The notes under the pieces were generated by a model, which was not told where the DNA came from, did no database searches, and saw only the letters and a program-made list of their open reading frames with translations. Both the position numbers and the translations under genes were made by a program. Shown piece by piece: positions 63,478 through 64,000 of a stretch of 64,000 nucleotides of DNA (position 1 is its first letter; every line of letters begins with the position of its first letter). This stretch comes from a bacterium BMS3Abin08 (lineage in GTDB: Bacteria; Nitrospirota; Thermodesulfovibrionia; Thermodesulfovibrionales; JdFR-85): contig BDTA01000081.1 in NCBI GenBank assembly GCA_002897935.1, positions 2,224-66,223 of the forward strand, written 5' to 3'.

Positions 63478-64000
63478 ATGGAGATTCCTGATGTGAGTTG
63501 GCCGAGGGACCTCGATGAGGCAAGGTCTGTTCAGGGGTCTCTCTCAGGGGGAGTGATGCTCCGGCCCCTTCCGGGACCTGTAAAACTCGTTGCAGGCATT
63601 GACGCTGCGTTTACGGAAAAAAGCACCGTTGCGGCTGTAGTTGTGCTGGATATCGAGAGGATGGAGAAGGTAGAGGAGACATTTTCCATAATGGAGACGG
63701 GGTTTCCATACATCCCGGGGTATCTTTCGTTCAGGGAGGGTCCGGCTGTCTTGTCTGCACTGAAAAAACTCCGCGTTGTCCCCGATGTCTTTATCTTTGA
63801 CGGGCAGGGAATTGCTCATCCGAGAGGGCTCGGGATTGCAACACACATTGGTGTGCTGCTTGGAAGGCCCACGATAGGCTGCGCAAAATCGAGGCTTGTA
63901 GGTGAGTTCAGGGCGCCCCGGCCTGAGAAGGGCGCGGCTGAGCCGTTAATGCTGGGTGGAACGGTTGTGGGGGTTGTACTGAGGACCCGCAGCAGGGTGA
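63478..64000 (+). CDS. nfi: endonuclease V (3' end outside window; absent from ORF track)
   Basis: My own translation: MEIPDVSWPRDLDEARSVQ...LVAGIDAAF...FPYIPGYLSFREGPAVL...FDGQGIAHPRGLGIATHIGVLLGRPTIGCAKSRL. Open to the window end. Confidence 0.88.
   Translation, partial: MEIPDVSWPRDLDEARSVQGSLSGGVMLRPLPGPVKLVAGIDAAFTEKSTVAAVVVLDIERMEKVEETFSIMETGFPYIPGYLSFREGPAVLSALKKLRVVPDVFIFDGQGIAHPRGLGIATHIGVLLGRPTIGCAKSRLVGEFRAPRPEKGAAEPLMLGGTVVGVVLRTRSRV

Overview
This 64 kb window is mostly core housekeeping genes from a diderm bacterium, since BamA, Skp and LpxD/FabZ/LpxA/LpxI are all present. I cannot assign a taxon without a database search.

Gene content by region:
- Bases 1-12.7 kb: a colinear S10/spc/alpha ribosomal cluster running rplB through rplQ. 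It includes secY, map, infA and an rpmJ gene (9700..9813) that the ORF track misses. There is no adk.
- 12.9-36 kb: accA, dnaE, rluB, aspS, mnmA, trpC plus a TrpB2-type synthase, comEC, a glmM-cdaR-cdaA operon, a HAD hydrolase, an MgtC-family protein, tyrS, cysK and relA/spoT.
- 36-48 kb: two tRNA-Leu genes, a TlpA-like redoxin, a cyclophilin-like protein, hisG, ftsY, moaC, a few small accessory ORFs, a DinG-type helicase, a decayed MinD/ParA-type ATPase, an Mth938-like protein and ligA.
- 49-64 kb: bamA-skp-lpxD-fabZ-lpxA-lpxI, a hybrid sensor kinase with an HD-GYP response regulator, cls, an M23 peptidase, a VanZ-like protein and a partial endonuclease V.

I found no multi-gene defence, CRISPR, prophage or biosynthetic system.

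The part not explained by the genes is the intergenic space. Almost every long spacer holds short non-coding repeats from at least four related families:
- A: a 114-bp double-hairpin element.
- B1/B2: 150-205 bp mosaic elements with terminal inverted repeats (TIRs) and the termini AGAGTCTGTGTATAAA.
- C: a structured element with a perfect 17-bp hairpin.
- D: a tandem pair of 120-bp TIR elements.

These families are nested in each other (B1 sits inside A twice, at the same position). They share small hairpin modules (ATTCCGG-N5-CCGGAAT, ATTCCCG-N6-CGGGAAT, TTCCCCGAA-N4-TTCGGGGAA). One pair brackets a tRNA-Leu gene with a 29/30 inverted repeat. No transposase is encoded in the window.

The repeats also create spurious ORFs and false N-terminal extensions in the six-frame track. 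All functional calls rest on recognisable protein motifs and gene order read by eye. No searches were run.
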